Shown: positions 39,376-48,734 of the stretch, in pieces
Layout: each line of letters begins with the position of its first letter
How positions within the stretch are numbered: the first letter of the stretch is position 1
From: Myxococcota bacterium
Lineage (GTDB): Bacteria > Myxococcota_A > UBA796 > CAJQPC01
NCBI GenBank assembly: GCA_036012755.1
Contig: DASCPX010000023.1
Span: 1-56,842 of the forward strand
Length of the DNA stretch: 56,842 nt
Reading direction: 5' to 3'
The notes under the pieces: generated by a model
Databases searched by the model: none
Seen by the model: the letters and a program-made list of their open reading frames with translations, nothing else
What the model was told of the DNA's origin: nothing
Made by a program: the position numbers and the translations under genes

Positions 39376-41157
39376 ATGGCGCTGAAGAAAGGCACACGCC
39401 TTCTCCTATGGATCTCGGGCCTCGGCCTCCTCATCTTCACGGCGGCGACCGTCGCGGTGATCCTGCTCGTGGTGAACGACCAGGACTTCGGCGACTTCTC
39501 GATGGCCTCGGCCGACGGCGAGTCGCGGTGGCTGCAGGTCCACCTCGAGGGACCGATCGCGGACGGGCCGAAGCCCGACAGCCTGATCGTCGACCCGGAA
39601 GACATCCCCCTCACCGTCCACGACATCGCCGCTGCGATCCACGTGGCGGCGGACGACGAGGACATCGACGGGCTGGTGCTCCACCTCGACGGCCACGGGC
39701 TCGGGCTCGTCGGCGCGCAGGAGATCCGCCGAGCGGTCGAGCGCTTCGACGAGGCCGACAAGGAGTGCCGCACCTGGTCGAAGGTCTACGAGAACATCGA
39801 CTGGTACATCGCTTCGGCTTGCGACGAGATCCACCTGCACCCAGAGGGGGTGCCGATGGCGATCGGCCTGAAGATCTCGACCTCCTACTACGCCGGCACC
39901 TTCGAGAAGATCGGGGTCGCCGGGGACTTCGAGCGGGTGGGCGAGTTCAAGTCGGCGATCGAGACCTACGAGCGCACGGGGCCGAGCGAGCCTAGCGTCA
40001 TGATGTACGAGGCGCTCCTCGACTCCCTGTGGTGGTCCTTCACAGACGACATCGCCCGGGGCCGCGGCGTGGACCAAGCCGAGATCGAGACGCTCATCGA
40101 CGATCCACCGGTCACCGCGACGACCGCCCTGGAGCGCGGCATGGTCGACGCGCTCACCTACAAGGACGAGTTCGACGACCAGCTCGAGGACGAGGGCGTC
40201 GAGTACATCTCCCTCGAGGACTACGCGGTCGACCTCCGCAACGACTGGCGCGGGGCAGACGAGAAGGTCGCGGTCGTCCACCTGCAGGGCACCATCATCG
40301 ACGGCGAGTCCAGCAGCGGCGGCTTCGCCGGGGACTACATCGGCGACGCGACGACCGTCGAGCTGCTCGAGGAGCTCGCAGAGGACGACGAGATCATCGC
40401 GGTCGTGCTCCGCATCAACAGCCCCGGTGGCTCGGCCCTCGCCAGCGACGTCATGTGGCGAGCGATCGAGAACCTCGACGAGGAAAAGCCCGTCGTGACC
40501 TCGATGGCCAGCTACGCCGCCAGCGGCGGGTACTACCTGTCGATGGCGACGCGTCACATCGTCGCGGAGCCGGGAACGCTGACCGGCTCGATCGGCGTCT
40601 TCGGCGGCAAGTTCGCGATGGCCGACCTCTACGAGAAGCTGGGCATCTCGACCTGGTCCTCGCAGCGCGGGCAGCTGGCGATGCTCTACAACCTCACGGA
40701 CCCCTTCACGGACGCTGAGCGGGCAAAGGTCCGCGAGCGCATCGAGGCCTTCTACGACACCTTCGTCGCCAAGGCCGCCGATGGCCGCGGGATGACCTGG
40801 GACGAGATCGACGCGGTCGCCGGAGGCCGGGTCTGGACAGGCGCCCAGGCCCTCGAGGTCGGCCTGGTCGACGAGCTCGGAGGCATCGAGGACGCAGTCG
40901 CCGTCGCGATGTCCGAGGCGGGCGTGGTCAAGTCCGAGGACGTCGGTCGGAGGGTGCTGCCCCGGCGCCAGACCCTCATCGAGGTCCTGCTCAAGAGCCT
41001 CAACGAGCAGCAGGTGCAGGCGAGCCAGGAGCAGGCCCTGCGCGAGATCGCAGGTGACGAGGTCGTCGAGGCCCTGGCCGCTGGCCACGCCATGCAGCGG
41101 GTGCTCGAGGTCGGCGGCATCGCCGCGATGGACCCGGTCCGAATCACCATCCATTGA
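39376..41157 (+). CDS. sppA: Signal peptide peptidase SppA (67K type)
   Basis: N-terminal TM, GEFKSAIE, LRINSPGGSALAS, AASGGYY, TGSIGV, GRVWTG..A...GLVDELG. Confidence 0.95.
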   Translation: MALKKGTRLLLWISGLGLLIFTAATVAVILLVVNDQDFGDFSMASADGESRWLQVHLEGPIADGPKPDSLIVDPEDIPLTVHDIAAAIHVAADDEDIDGLVLHLDGHGLGLVGAQEIRRAVERFDEADKECRTWSKVYENIDWYIASACDEIHLHPEGVPMAIGLKISTSYYAGTFEKIGVAGDFERVGEFKSAIETYERTGPSEPSVMMYEALLDSLWWSFTDDIARGRGVDQAEIETLIDDPPVTATTALERGMVDALTYKDEFDDQLEDEGVEYISLEDYAVDLRNDWRGADEKVAVVHLQGTIIDGESSSGGFAGDYIGDATTVELLEELAEDDEIIAVVLRINSPGGSALASDVMWRAIENLDEEKPVVTSMASYAASGGYYLSMATRHIVAEPGTLTGSIGVFGGKFAMADLYEKLGISTWSSQRGQLAMLYNLTDPFTDAERAKVRERIEAFYDTFVAKAADGRGMTWDEIDAVAGGRVWTGAQALEVGLVDELGGIEDAVAVAMSEAGVVKSEDVGRRVLPRRQTLIEVLLKSLNEQQVQASQEQALREIAGDEVVEALAAGHAMQRVLEVGGIAAMDPVRITIH

Positions 41158-42014
41158 TCCAGCTCCGGCGGCTCGAGGAGGGCGACCTTCCTCGGCTGGT
41201 CCCGGTCCTGGCCGAGGCATTCGGCCACTACAGGGACGCCCTCCGCTACACCGACGATGTCCTCGACCTGTTCGAGAGCTCCTGGTGGGACCCACCGTCG
41301 GGTGTCGTCGCAGAAGACCACGGCGAGCTCGTCGGCGTGCTGGCGGCCGGAGAGCGCCCCGCCGTGATCGAGGGCCGGCGGCTCATGGTGCTGCACGCCG
41401 GCCCGGTGGCGGTGAAGCCGACCCACTGGCACAGAGGGATCGGCTCACAGATGATGCGCGCTCTCGAGGCGAGCGCGGAGGTCGACGTGCTCACCCTCAC
41501 GGTGAACCTCGTCGAGGACGTCGGCGGCTTCTACCTCCGGCTCGGCTTCCTGGTCGTGGAGATCTACCAGCCGTGGGTCCACGACCTCGCCTGCACCGAG
41601 CGGGCAGCACCCCACCTCGAGGGCCCGGCGCTCAGGGAGCTGGCTCCGGCCATGGCCGACCGGGACGAGCCGCGAGTCCGCACCTTCCGCTCCGGCGAGG
41701 CCCTCCTCAGGACCGTGGCGTGGCCGGTCACCACCCGCCGCGGGGGCACGCGGCAGGAGCTCTCCACCTGCCAGGTCGTGGACCGACAGGGTCACGGCCC
41801 CGGCCTCGACGAAGCCTGCGCAGCCCTCGTGAAGAGCGCTCACGCAGACGGCGCCCGCCTCATCTGGGGCCGGCCCCAGCTCATCGCCGGGCTCCCGGGC
41901 TTCCGCATCTCGCTTGGCCCCGGGGTCGCCCGGATGGGCAAGGCGCTCACGACCGAAGGCACAGCCGCGCTGGATCGGGCCCGCTCCTGGCTGCCAGCCG
42001 GTCCCTCTCCCTGA
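41154..42014 (+). CDS. GNAT family N-acetyltransferase
   Basis: VAVKPTHWHRGIGSQMM (motif A) and FYLRLGF; TTG overlaps the sppA stop. Confidence 0.85.
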   Translation: MIQLRRLEEGDLPRLVPVLAEAFGHYRDALRYTDDVLDLFESSWWDPPSGVVAEDHGELVGVLAAGERPAVIEGRRLMVLHAGPVAVKPTHWHRGIGSQMMRALEASAEVDVLTLTVNLVEDVGGFYLRLGFLVVEIYQPWVHDLACTERAAPHLEGPALRELAPAMADRDEPRVRTFRSGEALLRTVAWPVTTRRGGTRQELSTCQVVDRQGHGPGLDEACAALVKSAHADGARLIWGRPQLIAGLPGFRISLGPGVARMGKALTTEGTAALDRARSWLPAGPSP

Positions 42015-42015
42015 C

Positions 42016-44010
42016 CTACAGCGGCATGTAGAGGATGGCGTGGTCGTAGTAGGTGAGCCAGACGAGGCGAACGCCGGATCCCTCCGGGCCGATCGCCACG
42101 CGGGCCAGGGTGTTGTCGGTGTCCCAGTAGCCCTCCGGGCTGACCTCGGTCCAGGTGTCACCGGCGTCGTCGGTGCGCCAGAGCTGCCCCTCCTGGTTCA
42201 GCACGAAGCCCAGCGCGCCGTCGAAGTCCGCTGACAACAAGAAGCCCGTCGGTCCCTCGGAGCGAGTCCAGACGAGGCCCTCGTCCTTCGAGATCCAGAG
42301 GCCGTCGTCGGTCGCCGCGGCGACCCCGCCTTCGAGCGCCGCGAGCCAGGACACCTCGCTCACGTCGAGGTCGATTGCGCTCCAGATCCTCCCGCCGTCG
42401 ACCGAGCGGAACATCCCGATGCCCTCGCCCGTCGTGTGGGAGACGCTGCCCCCCCTGTAGGTGCCGAGGATCACGACGTCGGGAGTCCCCGGCCAGTGGA
42501 TGATGGTGTGCATGGACGCTTCGGAGTCGGGGATGCCCGTGGAGCTGTCCACCCAGGCCTGGCCTCCGTCCACCGACCACTCGACGACGCCGACCTCGTC
42601 GCCGTACTTACCGGAGCCCACGCTCCCAAGGAGCAGGACGTCGCCGTCGTCCGGATGCGCCGCGAAGCCGTGGAAGTGCACCCTGGAGTAGCGGAGCTCC
42701 CAGGAGACACCTCGGTCCCGACTCTCGACCAGGGTGTCGTCGGAGACCGCCCACACCCGCGTCGGATCCTGGGGGTCGTGGTGGACGCCCATGACGTAGT
42801 GGAAGTGCGTGGGCCCGTGCACGTGCACCCAGCTCTGACCCCAGTCTTCGGTCCTGAACATCCCGCCCGTGCATCGGGAGCCGATGATCAGGCGATTCGC
42901 GCACACGGGGTCGGGCGTCAGGACGGAGATGCCGAGATCGTCGAGGCCATTGTCCGCCGGGCTCCAGGTCACGCCCTCGTCGTCAGAGGCCTCCATGCCC
43001 TCGTCGTCGGCGACGAGCACGCGGCCGGATGCCAGCGCCAGCAGGGCGCCAGGCCCCTCGAAGGGCCCCTCGATCCAGGTGCCACCGCCGTCGGTGCTGG
43101 CCAGGAAGGACTCGGCCGCGGCCAGGTACAGGGTGCTCCCGTCGGCCGAGAAGCCAGCAGCTCCGAGCTCGACGGCGCCGGTCTCCTGCATGGTCCACGT
43201 CAGGCCGCCGTCCTCGCTGCTGTACAGGTCGCCGGTGCTCGCTCCGATGACCACGACCTCCGGGTCCGTCGGATTGCGCACGAAGCTCGTGGAGACGAGG
43301 TCGCCGTTGACCGCCTCGAGGGTGGTGTCCCAGGTCGCGAGTCCGTCCGCGCTGAGCTGGACACCGTCCGGATGGGCGAGCAGGCTCGGCCCGCCCTCCT
43401 CCGCCTCTCCCAGGAGCCTCCAGCCCACGGGATGCTGGCGCATGATCGCCATCGGGTCTGCGCTGAGCCCGGTTTTGCCTGTGTTGGCGAAGCTCGCGCC
43501 CCCATCCTCGCTGACCCACACCCACCCGTCGTGGGCGGCGACGTAGATGGCCTGTCCATCGTGAGCCGCCCCACCGATGCCGACGACGACGTGGCCGTCG
43601 AGATCGACCTGGCCCCCTGCCTGCTCCCAGCCCCGACCGCCGTCTCGGCTGACCTCCAGGAAGCCGCCGCTGCTCCGGAAGAGCACGTCGGCCTGCCCGG
43701 GTGGAGCGTAGAGATCGGCCATGGTGTGGCTGGTGAAGACCGGGAGCGCTTCCCAGTGTTCGCCCTCGTGGTCGCTGCGCCAGGCTCCGGCGTTGTGGGA
43801 AGCCGCATACACGGTGCCGGTGAGATCGTCGGCGATGATGGAGACGATCCCTCCTGCGGGGGGTGGAGTCGCTTCGGCCCACTCTCCGGCGACCAGCCCG
43901 TCGGGCGGCTCGACGGTCTCGGCGCAGGCCGGCTCGATCCCAGTCTCGTCCGGTGTCGGCTGGACCGGGTCATCGCCCTTGCAGGCGAGCAGGAGCACCA
44001 GACTCGTCAT
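42016..44010 (-). CDS. Lipoprotein with many Asp-box (BNR/VPS10-like) repeats, beta-propeller
   Basis: MTSLVLLLAC lipobox; more than ten S/T-x-D-x-G-x-x-W repeats. Confidence 0.85.
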   Translation of the reverse strand: MTSLVLLLACKGDDPVQPTPDETGIEPACAETVEPPDGLVAGEWAEATPPPAGGIVSIIADDLTGTVYAASHNAGAWRSDHEGEHWEALPVFTSHTMADLYAPPGQADVLFRSSGGFLEVSRDGGRGWEQAGGQVDLDGHVVVGIGGAAHDGQAIYVAAHDGWVWVSEDGGASFANTGKTGLSADPMAIMRQHPVGWRLLGEAEEGGPSLLAHPDGVQLSADGLATWDTTLEAVNGDLVSTSFVRNPTDPEVVVIGASTGDLYSSEDGGLTWTMQETGAVELGAAGFSADGSTLYLAAAESFLASTDGGGTWIEGPFEGPGALLALASGRVLVADDEGMEASDDEGVTWSPADNGLDDLGISVLTPDPVCANRLIIGSRCTGGMFRTEDWGQSWVHVHGPTHFHYVMGVHHDPQDPTRVWAVSDDTLVESRDRGVSWELRYSRVHFHGFAAHPDDGDVLLLGSVGSGKYGDEVGVVEWSVDGGQAWVDSSTGIPDSEASMHTIIHWPGTPDVVILGTYRGGSVSHTTGEGIGMFRSVDGGRIWSAIDLDVSEVSWLAALEGGVAAATDDGLWISKDEGLVWTRSEGPTGFLLSADFDGALGFVLNQEGQLWRTDDAGDTWTEVSPEGYWDTDNTLARVAIGPEGSGVRLVWLTYYDHAILYMPL

Positions 44011-44019
44011 GCCGTCATG

Positions 44020-45516
44020 CTACTCGCAGAGCACCAACAGCGGGGAGCCCAGGGCCGTCTGCGCCGCACCGCTGGAGTCCACCCAGGCCGCCTCGGGCTC
44101 GTTGAAGTACATGCGAGACGCGCAGTCCCCGCCGGCCCGCTCGAGCTCGTAGGTGATCGTCCGGTCGTCGTAGATGGTCGCCTGGCTGTCCGGTGTGTCG
44201 ACAGCGGCGGCCATCTCGAGCTCGAAGTAGAAGGTCGTGCCGTCCTCGTGGCTCTCCTCGCGCGTGGGCAGCTGGGACCAGTTGCTGGCATCCCAGCCCT
44301 CTGGCAGCGTCTCGCTGACCTCGACGGTCCCCACCCGCCGACCCAGGTTGAGGAACCGCAGCTCGACGATGTCATCGGGCTGGACGACGTTGGTGTTGCG
44401 CCCGACGGCGAAGGTCGGATTGGTGCCCAGGTACTCCCACAGCGAGTCCTGATCCCCGGCGATCATCTCCGACAGCAGCACGGAGGGGACGCGAGCGCCG
44501 AAGAAGTCCCAGTTGGAGGTGGGGACGGTCACCTGGGTCTGCTCGATGCAGTACCAGGCGTCACCGCTGACGCTGCCGTAGTTGAAGACCTCTGTGGCAC
44601 CCGGGGGCAAGGTGATGGACCCGGAGGGATAGACCTGCCCCGGGTCGAAGTAGGGGTCACCGAGCCCCATGTCCTGGGTCTCGGTGGAGATCCAGACCGT
44701 CCACCGGTCCACGCAGATGTCGTCCTCGGCGCCGATGTTCTTCAGCCGCATCGAGCCCAGCGCGCTGGTGCTGGCATGGAGGGTCCCGACCTCCCAGGCC
44801 TCCGCCAGTCCGATGCAGGGGGGCACCATGATGCCCTCGACGGGGATCAGCGCCGAGCCCAGAGGCGTGTTGTCCGTGAGCCAGATCTCGGTCTGGTCGT
44901 ACTCGTCGCCCGAGGGGGTCCAGAGGATCTCCAGCTCCGCCGACTCGCCAGGCTCGAGAGACAGCGGGATGTCGCCCTCGACCTCGAAGTAGGGGTCGCC
45001 CAGCACGAGCATGGAGGTCAGCTCGAGCGTGGCCGTGCCGACCGAGCTCAGCGTCACGATCTCGCGGACCTCCTCGCCGTCGTAGCTGTTCATCGAGACC
45101 GCCGCCGGCTCGATGGCCAGCGCCGGCACGATGGCGCCGCCCCACAGCCCGACCTCCATGCGCGGCTCGAGGGCGTCACTGGAGATCGCGATGTGGCCTG
45201 GCTCGTCGTGGGTGTTGGCGGTGTAGTCCACGACCACCGTGAGGGACTCGCCCGGGGGCAGCTCGCCGAGGGGCTCGGACAGGGTCATCACGAAGGAGGA
45301 GGGCGCGGTGATGTCGATGGCCTCGACGTCTACCGGGGCAGTCCCCACCGAGGTGATCGTGAAGGTCTCGGACCACGACGTGCCGCGCTCCATGAGGCCG
45401 AAGTCGATGTAGTCCGGGTCGACCGAGAGCTCGCCCTGGGGCTCCTGGACCTCGGTCCGCTCTCCCTCGACGCCGTTCTCGATGATGCACGCGAGACCGA
45501 AGATCAACAGCACCAC
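44020..45516 (-). CDS. Acidic lipoprotein with Ig-like (ASH / choice-of-anchor D-like) domains
   Basis: MVLLIFGLAC lipobox; IDFG....T.TI.SVG...L.PGES repeats. Confidence 0.75.
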   Translation of the reverse strand: MVLLIFGLACIIENGVEGERTEVQEPQGELSVDPDYIDFGLMERGTSWSETFTITSVGTAPVDVEAIDITAPSSFVMTLSEPLGELPPGESLTVVVDYTANTHDEPGHIAISSDALEPRMEVGLWGGAIVPALAIEPAAVSMNSYDGEEVREIVTLSSVGTATLELTSMLVLGDPYFEVEGDIPLSLEPGESAELEILWTPSGDEYDQTEIWLTDNTPLGSALIPVEGIMVPPCIGLAEAWEVGTLHASTSALGSMRLKNIGAEDDICVDRWTVWISTETQDMGLGDPYFDPGQVYPSGSITLPPGATEVFNYGSVSGDAWYCIEQTQVTVPTSNWDFFGARVPSVLLSEMIAGDQDSLWEYLGTNPTFAVGRNTNVVQPDDIVELRFLNLGRRVGTVEVSETLPEGWDASNWSQLPTREESHEDGTTFYFELEMAAAVDTPDSQATIYDDRTITYELERAGGDCASRMYFNEPEAAWVDSSGAAQTALGSPLLVLCE

Positions 45517-45588
45517 GTCACTCCCTCAGGCACCCTGCCACATCAGCAGTACATCGGGTGAGGGCGGGGGGTCAACGCGTCAACGCGA

Positions 45589-46350
45589 TCAGGGCAGTGT
45601 CACGTAGGGCTGGAACAGGATCTGACCCGCCAACATCGACGACAGCGCCGTGTTCATGTTCTCGAAGGACTCATCTTCGGCCCGCACGAGGCCAGCCACA
45701 CCGACGAGGTAGGCGCCGTCTCTCTTGAAGGCCTCGCCGGGGATCACGAAGGACTGGCCGTTGTCGGCGTTGGCGAACTCGTACCAGTCCCGGATCTCCT
45801 CCGGCTGGTTCGACCACGTGACGTCCCCGGCCTCGTTGATCACGACCGCGAGCACCTGGTCGTAGTTCGTCTCCGACAGGTCGATGGGCAGGTCCTGCAT
45901 CGTGGTCCCCTGGGGCCCGATGACGAACTCCGGCGGAGGAGGAAGCACCGTGCCCATCTCCGAGAGGCTGCCTGCCACGTCGAGCTTCAGCAGGGTGTCG
46001 GCGGTCGGGATGTACTCGAGGCCGTCCTCGCCGTTGAGGCCGTAGCGTCCGGCCTCCTCCTCCATCAGCTCGTAGGCTGGGGTGTCGCCGAGGCGGACCT
46101 TGACGACGGCGCCCTCGACGGGGGCCTCTTCCATCTCGTCGATGGAAGCAGCGTCCGCGAGGAACACCGTGATGGCGGAGCCCTTCTCGAACTCGGTGCC
46201 GGACAGATCTATGTCGTCGCCAGCGTCGGGCTCGGCGACGCCGAGGAAGGCCGCCTGGACGACGAGGGGGTTGGTGAGACCTTCGATCTCTTCGGTGATG
46301 TCTTCGATCTCTTCCTCTACCAGCACGCAGCCGAGCAGAACCAGCAGCAT
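45589..46350 (-). CDS. Hypothetical acidic lipoprotein
   Basis: AGGAGG SD then ATG 46350, MLLVLLGC lipobox; host-like codon usage. Confidence 0.75.
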   Translation of the reverse strand: MLLVLLGCVLVEEEIEDITEEIEGLTNPLVVQAAFLGVAEPDAGDDIDLSGTEFEKGSAITVFLADAASIDEMEEAPVEGAVVKVRLGDTPAYELMEEEAGRYGLNGEDGLEYIPTADTLLKLDVAGSLSEMGTVLPPPPEFVIGPQGTTMQDLPIDLSETNYDQVLAVVINEAGDVTWSNQPEEIRDWYEFANADNGQSFVIPGEAFKRDGAYLVGVAGLVRAEDESFENMNTALSSMLAGQILFQPYVTLP

Positions 46351-46382
46351 TCGGTGCCTCCTGTTGCGACACGCATACCGCG

Positions 46383-46411
46383 TTGACACGGCCTTCGCCC
46401 TGCCTTAGATG
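46383..46411 (+). promoter_or_regulatory. Candidate sigma-70 promoter
   Basis: TTGACA-17 nt-TAGATG, 33 nt upstream of ATG 46445. Confidence 0.6.
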
Positions 46412-46444
46412 GCGCCCGTTCGATCGACCTCTTCGGAGCACATC

Positions 46445-46612
46445 ATGGCCTCCAACACCAAGACCACACGCTTCAGGCGCAAGCTCCGCGCCAAGAAGGC
46501 CGGTCGCAAGGCCAAGGCCAAGCGTCGCAACCAGGGCACGACCCCTGTCTTCCCGATCCACACGGAAGAGGCTGACGCCAACGCACCCGCCGAGGCGAAG
46601 AAGCAGGCCTAG
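46445..46612 (+). CDS. Small very basic protein (55 aa)
   Basis: GGAG SD; MASNTKTTRFRRKLRAKKAGRKAKAKRRNQGTTPVFPIH...; host-like codons; promoter before and hairpin after. Confidence 0.8.
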   Translation: MASNTKTTRFRRKLRAKKAGRKAKAKRRNQGTTPVFPIHTEEADANAPAEAKKQA

Positions 46613-46634
46613 CCAGACGGAATCGGGGGGATCG

Positions 46635-46661
46635 AGGCCCGCTGGACGGCACCGCGGGCCT
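46635..46661 (+). terminator. Hairpin after the small basic protein gene
   Basis: AGGCCCGC-N11-GCGGGCCT 8-bp stem; no U-tract. Confidence 0.45.
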
Positions 46662-46710
46662 GTGGTGAAATCGCTGCCCGCCTCCGGCGAGGCGAGAGAG
46701 GGAGAACACC

Positions 46711-47508
46711 ATGTCAAACGACAAGTCCTCCGCCGTCACCGGTGCGGTCGCAGGAGCCGCAGGTGGAGCCGCTGCTGGTGCTGCAGCGGCCTACGCGGTT
46801 GGCCAGGAGGTCGAGGAGCAGGTCCGAGCGCTCTTCGAGGAGCTCAAGGCCGAGCTCATCGCAGAGGTCGAAGCGAAGAAGACAGAGGCGCTGGAGGAGA
46901 TCGAGGCCCGTCGGGCCGAATCCGAGGAGCAGCTCCAGGCCCAGCGAGTCGAGGTCGAGGAGGGTCTGGAGGCCCACCGAACCGAAGCCGTAGAGGGCAT
47001 CGAGGCCCAGCGCACGGAGGCGGAGGAGGGCGTCCAGGCTCGGGCGAACGAGGCCCACGAGCAGATCGACGCCCGCACCCACGAGGCAGAGGGAGAGCTG
47101 CTGGAGCGCACGGAGCAGCTCCGGGGCGACATCGAGGCCGTCGGAGACTCCAGCAGGGCCGAGCTGCAGCAGCAGGCCGACTCGGCCAGGGCCGAGCTGG
47201 AGGGCCAGGCGCAAGAGGCGGTCGGTGAGCTGACCGCGCGCTCGGAGGAGTTCATCGGCAGCATCCACAGCCGCGGCGAGGAGGTCATCGGGCGCGTGGA
47301 GGAGGAGTCGGAGCGCCGCCTCGGCATGTTCGAGGAGACCGGCAACCGCTGGCGCGAGGAGTTCGACTCGATCGGCGGCGAGGTCACCGAGCGCAAGATC
47401 CGTCTCCGCGGCGTCATCGAGGACATCGTGCAGGCCATGGCCAACGAGGTCCCCGCCGTCGGGCCGCTGCTCGCCGGGCTCGCGGACCAGATCGACCCCT
47501 ACGACTGA
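46711..47508 (+). CDS. Gly/Ala-zipper plus 11-residue-repeat amphipathic helical protein (apolipoprotein-like)
   Basis: AVTGAVAGAAGGAAAGAAAAY then hendecad repeats (EIEARRAESEE/QLQAQRVEVEE/GLEAHRTEAVE/GIEAQRTEAEE/GVQARANEAHE...). Confidence 0.75.
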   Translation: MSNDKSSAVTGAVAGAAGGAAAGAAAAYAVGQEVEEQVRALFEELKAELIAEVEAKKTEALEEIEARRAESEEQLQAQRVEVEEGLEAHRTEAVEGIEAQRTEAEEGVQARANEAHEQIDARTHEAEGELLERTEQLRGDIEAVGDSSRAELQQQADSARAELEGQAQEAVGELTARSEEFIGSIHSRGEEVIGRVEEESERRLGMFEETGNRWREEFDSIGGEVTERKIRLRGVIEDIVQAMANEVPAVGPLLAGLADQIDPYD

Positions 47509-48671
47509 TGGCTGCCCTGACCCCGGCCCAGAGCCGGCTCTTGAAGACCCTGACCGACACCGCGCGACGGACCGGGAACACCGCCCTCACCCCGCCGGCG
47601 TGCAAGGGCGTGGACGATGTCCAGGAGTGGATCGGGGGTGCGAGAAAGGCCCTGAAGGAGGCCCAGCTGAAGGAGCAGCAGGCCCAGGCCATCGCCGACG
47701 CCCAGCTCGCCGCCGCCCAGGGGCGCTCCGGGAGCGAGCCGGACTGGAAGCGGCTCGACGACGCCTGCCGGCGCGTGGAGCAGGAGCTGACGAAGCCCTC
47801 GACCCTGCGGTCCCGGCTGGACGAGGGCCGGCGGAGCATGATGCCGCGGGTGGAGAAGGTCATCCGCGAGCGCCTGGATCCGGAAGTGCTCGTCGTCAGC
47901 GGCCGCCTCGAGGCCTCTGTGAACGAGGAGGGGATCCGCCTCCTGAAGCAGGAGCTGCCCAAGTGGGTCCAGGCCTGGGGGACCTACGCCTATGGCTGGC
48001 TGGACGAGGATCTCGCTCGCCTGATCCGGCGGGAGTGGAGTCCCCGCGAAGGGAACCTGCCGATCCGCGCCCCCCGCTTCGCGCCCCTCCAGCCCCCGGC
48101 GATCGACGGGGAGCTCGACCTGCCGACCGTCGTGCTGGACCAGAAGGAGTCCGGCCTGGGCTCGGGCATGTACAAGTACGGCCGCACGATCCTCTATGGC
48201 TTCATGTCGATCGGCCTGCTCTTCGGGGTCAACATCCGGGGGGGCTCCAGCGACGCCGGCGCCGGGACCTTCCTGGCGGCGATCGTCGTCTTCATGGCGG
48301 CGCTCGCCTTCGGCTTCGTCCAGACCCAGAACGAGCGCCGGACCCAGCGCGACAAGCTGGCAGAGGACGTCCGCAAGAAGGCAGAACAGGGGGTGCGCGA
48401 GTCACTGCGCATCTGGCTGGACCGGTCCGCCGACAAGATCAACGAGGACGCCCAGCGGCAGCTGGAGAGTCGGCGGGGGGCCTTCGTGGCCTGGTACCGC
48501 AAGGAGGTCATCCCAGCCCGCGACCGGCGCGCCAAGGAGCACGCCCGACACGCAGCCCAGGCAGAGGACGCCCGCAAGGCCCTTCCCCGAATCCGCGACA
48601 ACAAGCGCGACCTGGGTCGGGTCGGAGAAGCGCTAGACGCCCTGGCAGCCGCGACTGGTGATGCGCACTGA
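47508..48671 (+). CDS. Helical protein with central hydrophobic hairpin (dynamin-stalk/paddle-like, no GTPase motifs)
   Basis: Coiled coils flank two hydrophobic helices (ILYGFMSIGLLFGV; FLAAIVVFMAALAFGFV); TGATG overlap with the upstream gene. Confidence 0.7.
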   Translation: MAALTPAQSRLLKTLTDTARRTGNTALTPPACKGVDDVQEWIGGARKALKEAQLKEQQAQAIADAQLAAAQGRSGSEPDWKRLDDACRRVEQELTKPSTLRSRLDEGRRSMMPRVEKVIRERLDPEVLVVSGRLEASVNEEGIRLLKQELPKWVQAWGTYAYGWLDEDLARLIRREWSPREGNLPIRAPRFAPLQPPAIDGELDLPTVVLDQKESGLGSGMYKYGRTILYGFMSIGLLFGVNIRGGSSDAGAGTFLAAIVVFMAALAFGFVQTQNERRTQRDKLAEDVRKKAEQGVRESLRIWLDRSADKINEDAQRQLESRRGAFVAWYRKEVIPARDRRAKEHARHAAQAEDARKALPRIRDNKRDLGRVGEALDALAAATGDAH

Positions 48672-48734
48672 CAGAGCCGGGGGTATGAAGGAACACCTGA
48701 TGCTTCCCATCCTCCGCACAGCGACGCGAGCCTG

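Noticed and set aside
42436..45561. 1041-aa plus-strand ORF
   Set aside because: Antisense to two well-formed lipoprotein genes and has no motifs.
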